Positions 42,411-61,863 of a stretch of DNA of 63,444 nt are shown piece by piece (the stretch's first letter is position 1; each line of letters begins with the position of its first letter). The DNA comes from Salpingoeca rosetta (Eukaryota > Protista > Choanoflagellata). The stretch covers positions 1,099,881 through 1,163,324 of the forward strand of contig JAWQFM010000002.1 of assembly GCA_033442325.1 (NCBI GenBank), given 5' to 3'. The notes under the pieces were generated by a model. That model ran no database searches and was not told the DNA's origin. It worked only from the letters and a program-made list of their open reading frames with translations. Made by a program: the position numbers and the translations under genes.

Positions 42411-43452
42411 ATGCGGCTGTTCGAGGATGTGTTCACGGTCAAGGCCAAGGACCCCAAGGGCCGCAAGTTCGAGAGGTGCGTGTGTGACGATGGCGGTGGC
42501 ACTGGGTGGGTGGTGACCAGCGCCGGGGGAGGGGGAAGGGAGGGGAAGGGTGGCGCTTAGTCACACATGCAGGGACGAGCGTGGCTGGTGTGGTTTGGTG
42601 GCTGAATCTGTCGCGGAATGTGCATGGTTGTGTAGATGCGTTTGAACACGTGCTCAGTCAGCGGTCCTAATGGCGTGTAACTTGGCAGGGTCTCAAGGAT
42701 CGTGTGCGAAGCCTTCATGACCGGCTTCGAGCTCATCCTCGACCTCAACACACAGCTCTACCCCATGGAGCTCGATGAACAGTGCGTTGCGTGTGTGTCT
42801 GTGTGTCTGTGTGTGTATGCTTGTACGTGCACGTGCGTCGTGTATGCTTGTGCGTCGTTTGTATGTGTGTACCTGCATGCGCATAGATACACGGGCGTCC
42901 ACCTTCAACTGCCATTCTCAACCACTCCACCAACACACACACATATACACACTGCTGCAGGTTTTCGCTATGCCTTGCGCGGAGCTTGGATGACGAGGCT
43001 GCGCCCAGCTCAGGCACATACGTACAGGTGCGTTGCAACCAAGCTGTGTTGCACGTGCGTGTGCGTATGCGTTTGTGTGTATGCTCGTGTGTGTATGCTC
43101 GTGTGTGTGTGTGCATGTTCTCGTGTGAGTGTGTGTGCGTGTATGCGTGCTGCATTTCGTGACCAGTAATTGGATGAGGCTTGGATCCCAGTGCCCGTGT
43201 ACGTTTGTCCTTCTGCATGTCACCGTATTTCCCCATCCTCCATCCACCTCACAGAACCGCGAGTCATCGCTGGCGGACAGCTTCGACTATGTGATGCACG
43301 GGACCATCTACCGTGTGGAGGAGAAGGAAGGGCAGGTGGCCGTGTACGCGTCATATGGTGGCATGCTCATGCGTCTCAAGGGCAACCGCAGCGCGCTCAT
43401 GAAGCCAGGCCTCGAGCTCGACTCAAGCCTCTACCTCCTCATTCGCAAGTAG
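42411..43452 (+). CDS. RPB8: DNA-directed RNA polymerases I, II and III shared subunit RPABC3
   Basis: The spliced protein reads MRLFEDVFTVKAKDPKGRKFER|VSRIVCE..LILDLNTQLYPM|..|SLADSFDYVMHGTIYRVE..VYASYGGMLMRLKG..LYLLIRK*. Confidence 0.96.
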
Positions 43453-43490
43453 CCGCAACTCCCCGCGTGTCTCCCGCCTGTCATCGCGTA

Positions 43491-43558
<68 letters not shown>

Positions 43559-44285
43559 GCTGTTGTCGCAGTATGTCTGAAGTTGTGCAAATGTTGTTTG
43601 TTGTTGTTTTGTTGCGTGAACGTGCGTGTCGTGTGATGATGTGTCAAGGTTTGCAAACACCTTGTTGTCAGTGTATGTGCGCAGTGTGCGCAGTGTGCGC
43701 AGTGTGCGCGCGCGAGTGTTGGTGTGAGGTAGTGTCCAGTCTCACGAACGTTTCTGCTTTTGGCAAGGACGACAGAGTGCGTGGCTTTGGTTGGTGTTCT
43801 TGTTGTATGTTCATGTACGCTGTTCTGGTTGGCGCACTGCTTTCTTCTTGCTTGCTCGTTGATTAACCGTTTACACCGCATTAGAAAACACCCGCGACAA
43901 CACATCACGCGTCGCCAAGGAACAAACGCAACGGGCAGAGTGCACACGCGCCACGTGTGAAGTAAAGTCATCACAACCCATGAACAAAACAAGATTGATG
44001 GAAGAGAGTGCAAGGAGAGAGCATGGAGAGAGCAAGGCAAGAGCAAGGAGAGAGAAGGAAAGAGGTCAATTGGAGAGGGGTGCGTGGGTAGAGCCAATGA
44101 AGAGGAGTCGCCACCCCCCCCCACCATCATGCGACACACAGATGCAAACAGATGCAAACAGACGAAGACAATACGGGCAGGGCACATAGGAAAAATAGTC
44201 GGAGCAGAGGACACGAGACAAGACACAGACACAGACACAGACACAGACACAGAGCATACACAGACACACACAGACAAGAGGACGA

Positions 44286-44498
44286 TCAGAGGTCGCTCAG
44301 CTGCTGGCCAAGTTCCCCTATCCTGCTCTTGCAATACGCCGTCACATCACGCGAGAAGTCCCACACCCGCAGCGTGTCGTCTTGGGAGCTGCTCACAATC
44401 TTGAACGCATCAAACTGCACGCGGAACACGCGGTTGTCGTGTCCCTCCAATCGCGGCGCAGGCTCGCCCGTCTGGAAGTTCCACACGCGCACCGTCCT

Positions 44499-44580
<82 letters not shown>

Positions 44581-46210
44581 AATGATGATGATGATGATGA
44601 TGTTGATGATGAAGTTTGGGGAGAACAAAGGTGTTAGTGAGTGAAGTGAGCACAAAGGGAGAAAGTAGCACGTGGACCAGAGGAGCAGTGGTGAGACGGT
44701 GCTCTTGCAGGCAGCGGCGGCGGTGTTGGTTGTGCGGGCGTAACAATCATTTGCAACTGGAAACTGTGGCACTCCAACATCACGTGTGTGAGGACGCACC
44801 CATCGTAGGATCCAGACACGATGAATCTGTCGTCGAACCGCACACAGCGCACCAGCGATGTGTGGCCTGGGCACGCACATGAAACAAGCACATACAAGAC
44901 ACAAGCGAACACATTTGACACCAAAGTGCATGTGAGAAAATGAGAGAAGATGACGGCCGTGGCAGCGGGGGATGGTGCATGCAGGCAAAAATTACAAGCG
45001 CTGGCTATATGGGGGGTGGGGTGGGGTGGGCGACGGACCTCTGAGGACGTTGATGCACTCGCCCGTGTCGACCTGCCAAATGCGAATGGTCTGGTCGGAG
45101 GAGCCGCTCACAATGTGGTTGCCCCGGTACTGGATGCATGCAATGCCTGCAGGCAACAATAGTCAAGCACACGTGAGACGAACGAGGAAGATGGATGGGG
45201 TGCAGAAAGATGGATTGTGTGTGTGTGTGTGCGTGTACGTGTGTGTGTGCGTGCGTGTACGTGTGTGTGTGCGTGCGTGTGCGTGCGTGTGTGTGCGTGT
45301 GCGTGCGTGTGTGTGCGTGCGTGCGGGTGCATGTCTACGTGGTCGAGGGCACAACAGCAGCAGGTATGGTGTCACACAGCCACACCTCGCTCGTGGCCTT
45401 GCAGCGTCTTGAGGTATTTGCCCGTGCCCGTCTCCCACACACTGCAGGTGTGCGCATGCATGAGAAGGGCTTGTTAGCACGCAGTCGCGCAGATATGGAC
45501 ATGTAGACAAGGAAAGTGAAGGCAAAGGAAAACAAACTCATGCGGACACAGAGACACGGAGACACAGACAGACAGACACACACACACAGGCACTCACGCA
45601 GGCACGTACAAGACACACACAACATGCACTCAAAAGACACACACTCGCTTACACCAACACACACGCAACATGCAGCACAAAGGACAACACTCAATCCACA
45701 AACACAACGGTGACAGCAGGCTGACATGATGGTGCGGTCGCCGGAAGCGGAGACGATGTGGCGCTTGTCAAACTCAACCACATTCACGGCCGCACGGTGT
45801 CGCTTCAGATCGTGCAGAATCTCGTGCTTGAACCCTTTCACCTGCTCACCAACATGCGTGTGTGCGCGTGGATGTAACATTGATTGATTGGAGGCGGTAG
45901 GGAGTGAGTTGAGGCACTGAGCGCAATTGCAGATGGCAGGTTCGTACACAACTCGGACAGAGATGATACCAAGTCAGGAAACTCAAAGTGCACAGGTTCT
46001 TGCACACACATGCGAGTTACGCACATCTGTTTGTTTCCAGATGACGACGGAGCGGTCCTTTGAGCACGACACCATGTATTCATTGTCGAACCGCACGTGC
46101 AGCACAGACTACAAAAATAAGCGATGATGGGGATGGTGATGGTGACGATGGTGAGTAAGGAATTCGAGGTGGCGGCGGCGAGCAAGCAATGTCAGGGTTG
46201 TGATGGAGGT

Positions 46211-46268
<58 letters not shown>

Positions 46269-46680
46269 TCCTGCTACGAGCAGACAAAGACGTGCGCGTG
46301 GCATGTGTACCTCTTCGTGGTGGGTGTACACGGCGACGCATTTGAAGTCGTCGTTCCTGTCCCAGATGCGGATGGTGTGGTCTGAGCTGGAGGTGATGAT
46401 CTTGTTGTCGTCGTACTGCAGACACAGGACAGACCCGGTGTGCCCCGCAATCGACCGCTTCAGCGACAGCGTCTCCAGGTCCCAAATCTGGCGGGCGCGC
46501 CGGCAACAGGGAGAGGGGGGAGGGAGGGGGAGGGCGAGTTGGGAGGTGATGATCAGTTGAGGAGGGGGGGGGGAGAGACAACCGATGTCAGATGAATAGA
46601 CAAGCACCGACACCCTAATAAAGATAGACATAGGCACAGGTGCAGACAGACAAACAAGCACACACAAACACACAAACACA

Positions 46681-46769
<89 letters not shown>

Positions 46770-48157
46770 AGGCTTGGCGAACCTTGATTGTGTCGTCTCT
46801 GTTTCCCGTGAAGATTTCCTTGTCGTCGTATTGGAGGGTGTAGATGCCGTCTGCATTGCAGTGCACGTGGCGCCCCGCGTATTGGCCCCTCAGCCAGTTG
46901 CCGTACACACGGTGCAGGCTCTGCAGGCGGAGAGAGAAAAACGTGGGCAACGGTGTTGGTGATGATGACAGTGATGATGACAATGAGGAGGACTCGCAAA
47001 CAGGACGGAAGCATCGGGAGTGGAGTGCATGCCAGAATGGAGAGCAGTGTAACGCGCAAACGATGCACGCAGTCGTTGTGTGTGATGTCAGCGCGTGGTT
47101 GTTGTTGCTCGTGCGGTGCAGACCAAAAGTGCACGAGGGCGTAGGTTAAGCAAGTGTGCGGCGGGTGGGTGAATGATTGTACCTCTGTGAATGCCTGGTA
47201 CAAGCGCTTCCACTCAATAGATTTGTTGGGCTGCTCGGTCACACGCTGTCGCAGCATGTGCCAGCCTGTTGGTGTGCACGCGTGCATGCATGCAAGCATA
47301 CAGGTAGGCAGGCAAATGGCGCCCAAGTATACTTCGTGAGACCGCAAGGGAGGCTGCATCAAGCTATCTAAAGAGGACACCCACAAATACACGCACGCAC
47401 ATACACATGCACACGCATGTGCGTTTGCCCACCCAACACACCCACACATACCCACACACCTTGTTGCTCCTGGAGTGTGCGGAAGAAGAGGTGGCGCCAC
47501 ACAGAGTTTTCGTGGACGACGGCACGCCACCGCTTGGAGACAAGCTCACACTTGCGAAGGTCCTTTGAGTCGAGGTACTCGAAAATCTGTCCGCACACCT
47601 CACCTGCCATGAGCAACCAACACAACAAGAGTCACAGAAGCAACGACAGGGCGAAAGTGAGGCCACAGCCAAGTCACGCACAACAGCACCATGCTTCTGT
47701 GTGCGCGCGCGCGCGTGTGTGTGTGTGCACGCGTGCGCGTGCGTGCGTGTTCACACACCTGGGAGCTCGAGGACGGGGTCTCGGCGGAGGCGGTCAATGA
47801 GCAGGTTGAGGGACTGCACCAGCTCCTGCTCCCCCATTTCAGCGATGAGGGCCTTCATTTTTCGAATACGGACTGCCGAGGCATGGGCTGTGCAAGCAAG
47901 AGCACGACGGGCAGCAAAACAAAAGGGTGTCAGCAGGCGCCCAGAGCGGCATACAAGGTGCTAACGGAAGACACAAGCGCGGCACGTCACGTCACATCAA
48001 TACGCGGCATATCCGGGGTGGTGTGGTGTGGTGTGGTGTGGTGTGGTGTGGTGCGCGCTTGCGGAAGAGGACGAGCACACGGTGCGCAGCCAGAGTACGC
48101 ACCAGAGGTCTCCTCCACGGCAGAATCCTCCATGTTGTCGGAGCCAGGTGAGTTCAT
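44286..48157 (-). CDS. beta-TrCP-like F-box/WD40 protein (FBXW1/FBXW11 family)
   Basis: F-box: [28 protein letters not shown]. Seven WD40 repeats: [123 protein letters not shown]. The start codon is less certain. Confidence 0.9.
44499..44611 (+). repeat. (TGA)n [(CAT)n on the sense strand] repeat in the last beta-TrCP intron
   Basis: Directly visible. Confidence 0.9.
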
Positions 48158-48621
48158 GCTTCTGTGCAAGCGGTGGTGAGAAGAAGACTCAGCAGCCTGT
48201 TGCAGCTTGCTTCTGCGTTTGATCGAAGAGTGGTGTGCTATGAGAGCAGCAGATGAGTGTAACCATTGGATGTGAGAGTGCACACGAATGTGGTCGTCTT
48301 GTTCTCTTTTCTTCTCTTCAACCACAATCAGCCAGCCAAGCAAGCCAGCCAAGCAACCAACCAACCAACCAACCAACCAACCTGGGTGTCCTGTTCGTGC
48401 TCGTGTTGGTGTTGGGAGGCGAAGTGTGTGTGGGCGAGCCAAGTCGTTGCTGCTGGCTGGCAGGTTGGATGGTTGGTGTGCGTTGTCGTTGTCGTCAGCC
48501 TCTCGCTTCGTTGCAGAAATATAACCATATCTTACCGCAATCAGCCACGTCTCAATGCGACTTTTCGTGTATTTTCATCCCAGCTGGCCGGCCGGGCAGA
48601 ATTCAAAAACAAACGTTGGTT

Positions 48622-48743
<122 letters not shown>

Positions 48744-48932
48744 TGTGTGTGTGTTTGTGTGTGTATGTGTGTTTGTGTGTTTGCTTTGCTCTGTGTGTGG
48801 ACACCAGTCTTCCGCGCTTACTTGCACTATCGCTGACTCGAGGACTTTGCACCTGCATGTTTGTTTTGGTTTGTGGAACACCCACGCTCCCAGCAGGTTT
48901 CAGGAGAGCAAGCAAGCAAGCAAGCAGGCAAG

Positions 48933-52396
<3,464 letters not shown>

Positions 52397-52835
52397 TGTC
52401 CCACGGTCATGGTGGTGGTGGTGTGATGTGGCGTGGTGTCATATTTGGTGTGGTGTGGTGTCGTGGTTTGGTGACGCTACTGCTTATGATTGTGCTGAGT
52501 GTTGGGGGGGGGGGTTTCTGTTTCGTGTTCAGAAAGCCGTTGATGGCAGTGCGCGGACGTGTGCAATGTACACTTGCCCGCGTGTTGAGTTGACCATCCT
52601 TTTACAATACACATACAAATGTCGAGTGTCTCAAGCTTGACCATGAATGAACAACAGCGCGGCTGCCTGTGGTGGTGGTAGTTGTGGCGATTGCGGTGGT
52701 GGCGGTAACAGTGCCACCAGCGCAGCCAGCGGTTATATCACGGCATCATGGCATGATGTGGGAAACAAGAGGAAGAATTAGAGACAGACAGATGCAGAGG
52801 ACGTGTGCTGTTGCGTGCTGTTGCGTGTTGGAGAG

Positions 52836-54419
<1,584 letters not shown>

Positions 54420-54635
54420 CGTCAGGGTTGTGTGTGTGGTTGATTGGTTTGCGTTTGAGTTTCGTTGATTGATTGATTGATGGCAACGCAAGCACTCAAT
54501 AAGGCACTCAACACAAGGCATCCACAGACAGACACAGACACACATAGACACAGACAGACACAGACAGACACAGACAGACACAGACACAGACACAGACACA
54601 GGCACACAGACACAGACACACACACTACAGCGTCA

Positions 54636-55912
54636 TCATGCAAACATGGGGGCCTTCATGTTGAGGCGCTGCTCAAAGGTGGCGTCGACACTCTCGTCCC
54701 AGCACACCTGTGCAAACGCCAACGCTACAGGCTCCATCTGAAACCGCGTGCCAAGCTTGTCGCACTTGACGTAGCGTGCAGCCAACGCCGCCGCGTTCCC
54801 GCCAGCACCCTTCTGCTGCTGCTGCTGCTGTGTGTTGTTGGGGCCAATCTTCACATCGTCCAATCGCTCCGATTGCTCGTACAGCGCAAGCACCAGGCGG
54901 TGGTACCCCGTGTTCTGGTGGGTGGTGGCGGTGGCCGTAACAATGGAAAGAAGCACAAAGGGGGTGAGTTGCGAGAGCGAGCGACTGCAGCACGTGCCCA
55001 ACGCATCTTCATGACAAGAGCACACATGACGTGCACACATGACGTGAAGGCTTCAGCACGGTAACCTGCTTCCTCCTCCTCTTCCCCTTCCCATCCTTCC
55101 AGTAAACGCATCACGTTCATTGCGCACCTTGGGCGGGACGGGCGGAAGATATGGCAGCACCGTGTTGGCGTCGTCGAGGCGGGTTGGATCAGCAATGTTC
55201 GTCCTGCGCACATGGGCACAAACACAGGCATACACACAAATATGAAGACACAGACGGGTGCATGTGTTTGCGGGCGGGTTGGTGGTGAGGCCCTTGGTGG
55301 GAAGCAGGGGTGCACGGATGTGTGTACGTGTGTGTGCGTACGCGTGTGTGTGCATGTGAAAGGTGAACGTACACAAGCCAGTGCACGAGTTGGCCCTTTG
55401 AGCCGTCCATGCGGCCGTCTGCGAAGGGAAGCAGCCAAACATGGTGTGAGGGTGACGGTATTAGCAGTGGCCGTGGTGGGAAGACGAGGTAGTGGCGCAA
55501 TCACATGCACAAAACCGTTCGCAATCATTATCTCAACACAGACACAAACAGACACAGGTGGACACAGACACAGACACACAGAGACACAGGTGGACACAGA
55601 CACAGAGACACAGACACAGACACACACACGCACACAGAGACAACACGTGTACGCACCGGCGTCCATAAATACAGCGGTGTACAGCTTGTCTGGTTGCGGT
55701 TCGAATCGAAGCGTGGGCTGCTCCGTCATCTGGATCGCATGGGCAGGTGGTCAAGTAAAGAACGGTAAGCAAGAAGTGAGCGCACAGCATGCTGCGCAGG
55801 CACGCGAAGAGAGAGCGAAAAGCAACATGGACAGAAACAAACAGACAGGCAGACAGGCAAACAAACAGAACAGATAGGCAGACGCACACACACACACACA
55901 CGCACACACACG

Positions 55913-55943
<31 letters not shown>

Positions 55944-56552
55944 ACAGACACACACACAGACACACACACACACACGCGCGCACACACGCGCACACACAAG
56001 CACACAAAGGCCGACAAACACGCAGGACCGACCGTTGCCGCCTTGATGATGTTGCCGCGATACAAGGCGGTGTCGAGGCCGACGTCGCCAAACGCCAGCG
56101 TCACGTTCTTCTTTGGTACAAACATCTGCACGTGTTTGCAATGTACGCGTTGGCACAAAACCACACAAGGGTGCGCACGTGCAGTTTTGCATACACAAGG
56201 GGGATATGGGTGAGCTGCGGTACCACAAGACATGTCGCGAGAATGCAACCACGCGCTATGTACGTGTATGTGTATACGTCTCTGTCACGCGTGTCGTCCA
56301 CCACCACCCCCCCCCACCTGATGGAAGACGGTCTGGTAGAGTTCGTGGCGGAGCGCCATCGTGCGCACACGCCGCTCGCCGCGATAGGCGAGAAACTCCT
56401 CGTCCGTCATGGTCGCAACGTCAATCTCGGGCACCTCAACTATTGCCGACAACCAGGCGCGAAGCAATTCAGCAAACACAACGCAAGCGCAAGCAGACAA
56501 GCAGGCAGAAAGGTCGGCAGACGGACACACACACACGCACACACACACACAC

Positions 56553-56627
<75 letters not shown>

Positions 56628-56915
56628 CGCACGCACGAACAGTCTTGCGCAACAGAGCAACTCACGTTCACCCCATCTCGATGCCGACTCCATCTCCTCT
56701 GATGATCTGCGCTCCCAATATTCCTTGAAACGCTGTTGCTTGGAAGGTTTTGGGATGGCTTGTGGCGCAGCAGACAGTGCCCTGCTGGCGACATTGCTTA
56801 TTCTCAGCAGCCTCGGCTGCACAGCAATCATGTGTGTGTGTGTGCGCGTATGAGACGAATGAACAACAGCTGCATGTACTTGCGCATGTGCGTGTGCGTG
56901 CGTGTGTGTGTGTGT

Positions 56916-56952
<37 letters not shown>

Positions 56953-57177
56953 GCAATGTGTGTGTGTGTGTGCGTGTGGGTGTGAAAGTGAAAACATACA
57001 CAAGTACGCAAGTAGAAAAGTACACAAGTAGCAACGTACAACGCACAAAAGCACACAACAGCGTCCCATGCTCAATGTCCCACACAACCAGCAAACCAAA
57101 CTCACTGCTGCCGTGGTTAGTGTGCGGCGCCAAGCCCTGACAGCGGTGCCAGCAGCCACAGTCGTCAAAGGCATCAT
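54636..57177 (-). CDS. MRPL38: Mitochondrial ribosomal protein mL38 (PEBP family)
   Basis: A presequence is followed by [67 protein letters not shown] and [15 protein letters not shown]...LNMKAPMF. Confidence 0.85.
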
Positions 57178-57597
57178 CTTGGCGCTTTAGGGGCAGTGGG
57201 CAAAGACGTTGCGTCTGTGTGTTTGTGTGTGAAAATACCAGTGAATCAGGTGAGTGTCAGTGTCAGTGACACACAGACACAGACACAGACACGCACAGAC
57301 ACGCACACACACACACACAGACACACACAGACACACACACACACACAACAGAGCACACACAACAGAGCACACACACACACACAGACACACACAGACACAC
57401 ACAGACACACACACACAGACCACACACACACAACAGAGCACACACCACGAGACCCACCCCGAGTTCGGAAAATTGGTTGAGATTTGCTGTGTTTTTCAGC
57501 AAAGCGACAGCGGCAAACACACAGCGACACCACACAACAAAAGCCAAGCCACCTGCGCACAACAAAGCACACGGCGAGCAGACAACAGCCAAGCATC
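57178..57597. promoter_or_regulatory. Candidate bidirectional promoter, MRPL38/Kv channel (about 420 bp, with a central CA-rich repeat)
   Basis: Divergent ATGs. GTATTTTCA lies on the minus strand at 57230-57238, and GAAAATTGG...TTTTTCA on the plus strand at about 57468-57498. Confidence 0.5.
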
Positions 57598-60500
57598 ATG
57601 GCGAGCAGGGACGGCGAGCCGCTTGTCCAGGGCACGGATGAGCTGTGGGATGAGACGGATGTGGATGCCGTCGGGACGGACGAAGAGCAAGCATGGACAA
57701 GGCAGCAGGGTGCTGAAGCTGAAGCAGACAGCAGCGAGCCTCCCATGAGCAGCAACGCCGCGTTTGACGATAACGCCTTCTTTGACGATGATGGCGAGGA
57801 TGGCGAGGATGGCGATGTGTTTGATGGCCGCAAGCAGCAAACAGCGGGGAAAGGCCGCCGGCGCTCAACCGCAGCATCGGCGGGATCATCAACCTCTTTC
57901 TCGTCCTCTTCCTCGTCCGCATCAGGCGCGCGCTTTGGCGAGGATGACACCGTGGTTGTCCGGGTCATTGGACCCACGGACAAGGATCACCACCACCACA
58001 GCTTCAGGGTGCACAAAGTGCCGTTCTCAAAGCGGACCATCAGCCGGTTCATTTCAAAGATCAACGACCTCTTCGGCATTCCCCCGTCCAAGCTCAAGTG
58101 CCGCTATCTCGACCGTAAGTGGCTGGCCACCTTCATGCAAGACGTTGCTGACAATGCTGCTGTGATGCTTGCATCCGATGGCCCACGTGTGCAGTTGCCC
58201 GATTGAGCCTGCCTTGCTCATCCATGCATGCGTGCACGCAATGTCAACGCACTACCGCGCACACGGTCGCATGCACAAAAACCCACACCCACTTGCCAAG
58301 CAAGCAACAAACCCCCACCAAGCAAGCAACAAACCCCCACCAAACGGCACACGTACACACACAAAACACACACACACACACACACATACGCTACGTTCAC
58401 TTGACACACTCACCACACTCACCACACTCACCGCACTCACCACACTCACCACACTCACCACACTCACCACACTCACTCACCTCACCGCACTCGCTGCGTT
58501 TGCAATGACAGATGAGCCGCTGGACTTGCACGACGGCGCTGATGTGGACACGCTGCTGTCTGCGGCCACGTTCCGCATGCGCTGTGCGGGAACATACATT
58601 CCGCTTCAAGTGAACGATGTCGGGCATCCATGGGAGGACCTGGTGGAGGTGGACGGCGTCATCTGTCCGCGCCAACAGCACATCTCCGACACCCACTACC
58701 AGCGCTTTGCCAGCACCGTGTCCACACCGGCACTTCGCGCGCGAAAGCCTACCATCATCATCGACATTGACGAGGAGGTGCGCCGATTCAACGAGATGAA
58801 GCAGCAGCAGCGGCACCAGCAGCACGGTGACGGCAACAACTGCCACGCCCACCATGGAGGTTACCACCACGGGCACCATCACAACCACCACGACCACCAC
58901 GACCACCACGACCACCACGACCATCACGACCACCACGACCACCACCACACGGATGGGGAGGTATCGAACGGGGACGGTGGTGAGCACGGGCACCGTTCAC
59001 GCCGCCGCCGCCGCTCCGAGCCGCCAGATGCAGCCGGAAAACAGCGGGGGACGCTCGGCTCCATTGGGGAACACACCACCAACGGCACCGCTGTTGTCGC
59101 CGCTGGTAGTGGCAACGGCAGCAGCGACGGGCGGGTGACGTGCCAGAGGGCACCGAGCCCAAGGATGAGCGAAGCATACAGCTTCAGCGACTATGATGAC
59201 GAAGAGGAGGAGGATGAGGATGAGCAGGGGCAAGGCAACACAGCAGCGCAGGCGGTGGAAGAAAAACACGACTGCCTGTGGTGGATGCCCGCCAACCACC
59301 CCATCTGCACCTTCTTCGAGACGGCGACCATGGTTGTGATTGTCGTGTCTGTGGCCAGCTTCTGCCTGGAAACTATCCCCACATACCGGCTCGACGAGAA
59401 CGGGGAGGAGCGTACGGAGGACCACCCGACGTTCTTCGTCATCGAGTCTGTGTGCATCGCCTGGTTCACAATTGAGTACATCATGCGGCTGTACGCTGCG
59501 GAGAACAGGCTGCGCAGCTGGATCTGGAAGCCACTCAACCTCATTGACCTCATCGCCATCCTGCCCTACTACATTGCGCTTGGCATCGGCAGCTCCGGTG
59601 CGTCCAGCCTTGCGGTTGTCCGTATTCTGCGCCTCTTGCGAGTCACCCGGCTCTTCAAGTTTTCTCGCCACTCGCAGGGCCTTCAGGTGTGGCTGTTTTG
59701 GAAGATGGAAGAGGGGGAGGACGCGTGCATAGTTGTGTTTTGTGTGTCTATGCAATTGTGTTTGCGTGTGTTGTGTTTGTGCAATTGTGTTTGTGCAATT
59801 GTGTTTGCGTGTGTTGTGTTTGTGCGTTGTGTTTGTGCAATTGTGTTTACGTGTGTTGTGGTTTGTGTTGTGTGTGCTTGCTCCGCAAGTGATCGATTCG
59901 TGTTTGCTATTCATCGTTACATGCAGGGTTGTTGCGTTGCTGCATGTTGGTGCTGCCTTGCTCGCATCACGGTTGTCTCTTCAACAACAGCTCACCATAA
60001 CCAATTTCCACACAATGCATACACGGGCACACACACCCATCAGGACATGATTTCGTGCATGGTGCAAACGAAGAAGGAGCTTGTGTTGTTCTTCCTCATT
60101 GTGACCGTTGGCATGATTCTCTTTGGTTCCGCCGTGTTCTATTGCGAGAAGGACGTGGCTGACTCTGGATTCATCAGCATCCCAGGTGTGGTTGTGGTTG
60201 TGGTTGTGGTTGTGGTTGTGGTTGTGGTTGTGGTTGTGGTTGTGGTTGTAGTTGTGGTTGTGGTTGTGGTTGTGGTTGTGGTTGTGGTTGTGGTTGTGGT
60301 TGTGGTTTGTTGTGCCATGTTTGCACTCTTCTCGTTCTTTGCTCGGTGCCATTCTCACATACACACACACACACACACACATACACACACACACACACAC
60401 ACACGCACGCGCGCTGCAGCTGGGTTCTGGTGGGCGATTGTGACGATGACGACTGTTGGTTATGGCGACATTTCGCCCGTCACGATCCAGGGTCAGATCG

Positions 60501-61074
60501 TTGGTGCCATCGCAGCGACGCTCGGTGTTGTCCTCGTCGCCATCCCGGCTGGCATCTTCATCTCAGGTGCGCACACGCGCACGCATGCTTGTTTTGCTCG
60601 TTTTTCGCTTGTTTGCTGATTCGTTGGATTGTGTGTGTGTGTGAGAGAGAGAGAGAGTGTGTGTGTGAGGGTGTGTGTGTGTGTGTGTGTGTGTGTGAGG
60701 GTGTGTCTGTGTGTGTTGAGCATGTTTGTTCTTCTCACGATCACCACCACCACCACCACCACTGTGGCTGCAGAGTTTATGCGGCTGCACCAGGAGCGGC
60801 AGCTTGTTGAGAAGAAGCGGATTGGGCCGCACAAGGCGATGGCAGACCTGCAGCACCACGTCGAACAGCTGTACGAAAAGCTTGAGGAGTACAACCTCGC
60901 CCGCGACGCACACGAACGGCGGGCGCGGGAGAAGCTGCTGGCGATGGACAGGCTGATCCGGCAGCACGCGCCCGAGGAGCACTGGCCGCGGCGGCGGCGG
61001 CGGCGGACGGGGTCGAAGCGACACAAGCTGCCGTCGCCAACGGCGGACCTCATCGCACGCAGCACCATGGTGCC

Positions 61075-61078
<4 letters not shown>
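57598..61078 (+). CDS. Six-TM voltage-gated potassium channel with an atypical N-terminus (PB1-like, His-rich, no T1), 5 exons
   Basis: S1 VIVVSVASFCLETIP; S2 FFVIESVCIAWFTIEYIMR; S3 PLNLIDLIAILPYYI; S4 RILRLLRVTRLFKFSRH; S5 MILFGSAVFYCE; pore GFWWAIVTMTTVGYGDISP; S6 GVVLVAIPAGIFIS. Confidence 0.93.
60188..60308 (+). repeat. (GTGGTT)n hexanucleotide repeat directly after a donor site in the Kv gene
   Basis: Directly visible. Confidence 0.9.
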
Positions 61079-61277
<199 letters not shown>

Positions 61278-61719
61278 TGTCGCAATAGCAATGATGAATT
61301 TTTTTACCCGTGTTCAAAGGTGTTGCGATGGCTGCGGTGAGGGAGCACCTACAATGACGTTCGTGCGCTGTTGTGCTTGAGAGCGTGTTGGATGTGACAT
61401 AACGTGACGTGAGATCACATGTTGCTTTCTGTCACTGTTTGACGTGTTACATGTTGGTGCTGCACCGTCAAATGTTGGGTGTGGCCGGCGTGCACCCCTG
61501 TGACTGTTCGTTTCCTTCATCTCGTTGCGTTGAAGCAAGCGCGTGCTAAGAGCCCGTTGCCGCCATTTTCTCCTGCCCTCCCCGCGCTTGTCGCCTTGTG
61601 TTCTTCTTCTCTCACTTCCTGTTGCGGCGTGTTCCATCATACGTTGCATTGTCACATCATGTTGTGTCGTGTCATGTAGCCCTTGTTTTGTGTTAAGCTG
61701 CCGCTTGCACCCTTGGTTC

Positions 61720-61863
<144 letters not shown>

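Noticed and set aside
60188-60308. (GTGGTT)n as an interstitial telomere
   Set aside because: It is not TTAGGG and lies inside an intron, like the other UG-rich donor-proximal repeats.
58169-60619. 816-aa ORF taken as the channel protein
   Set aside because: It reads through introns (59688-60043, 60187-60419) and starts inside intron 1. The true CDS is spliced and starts at 57598.
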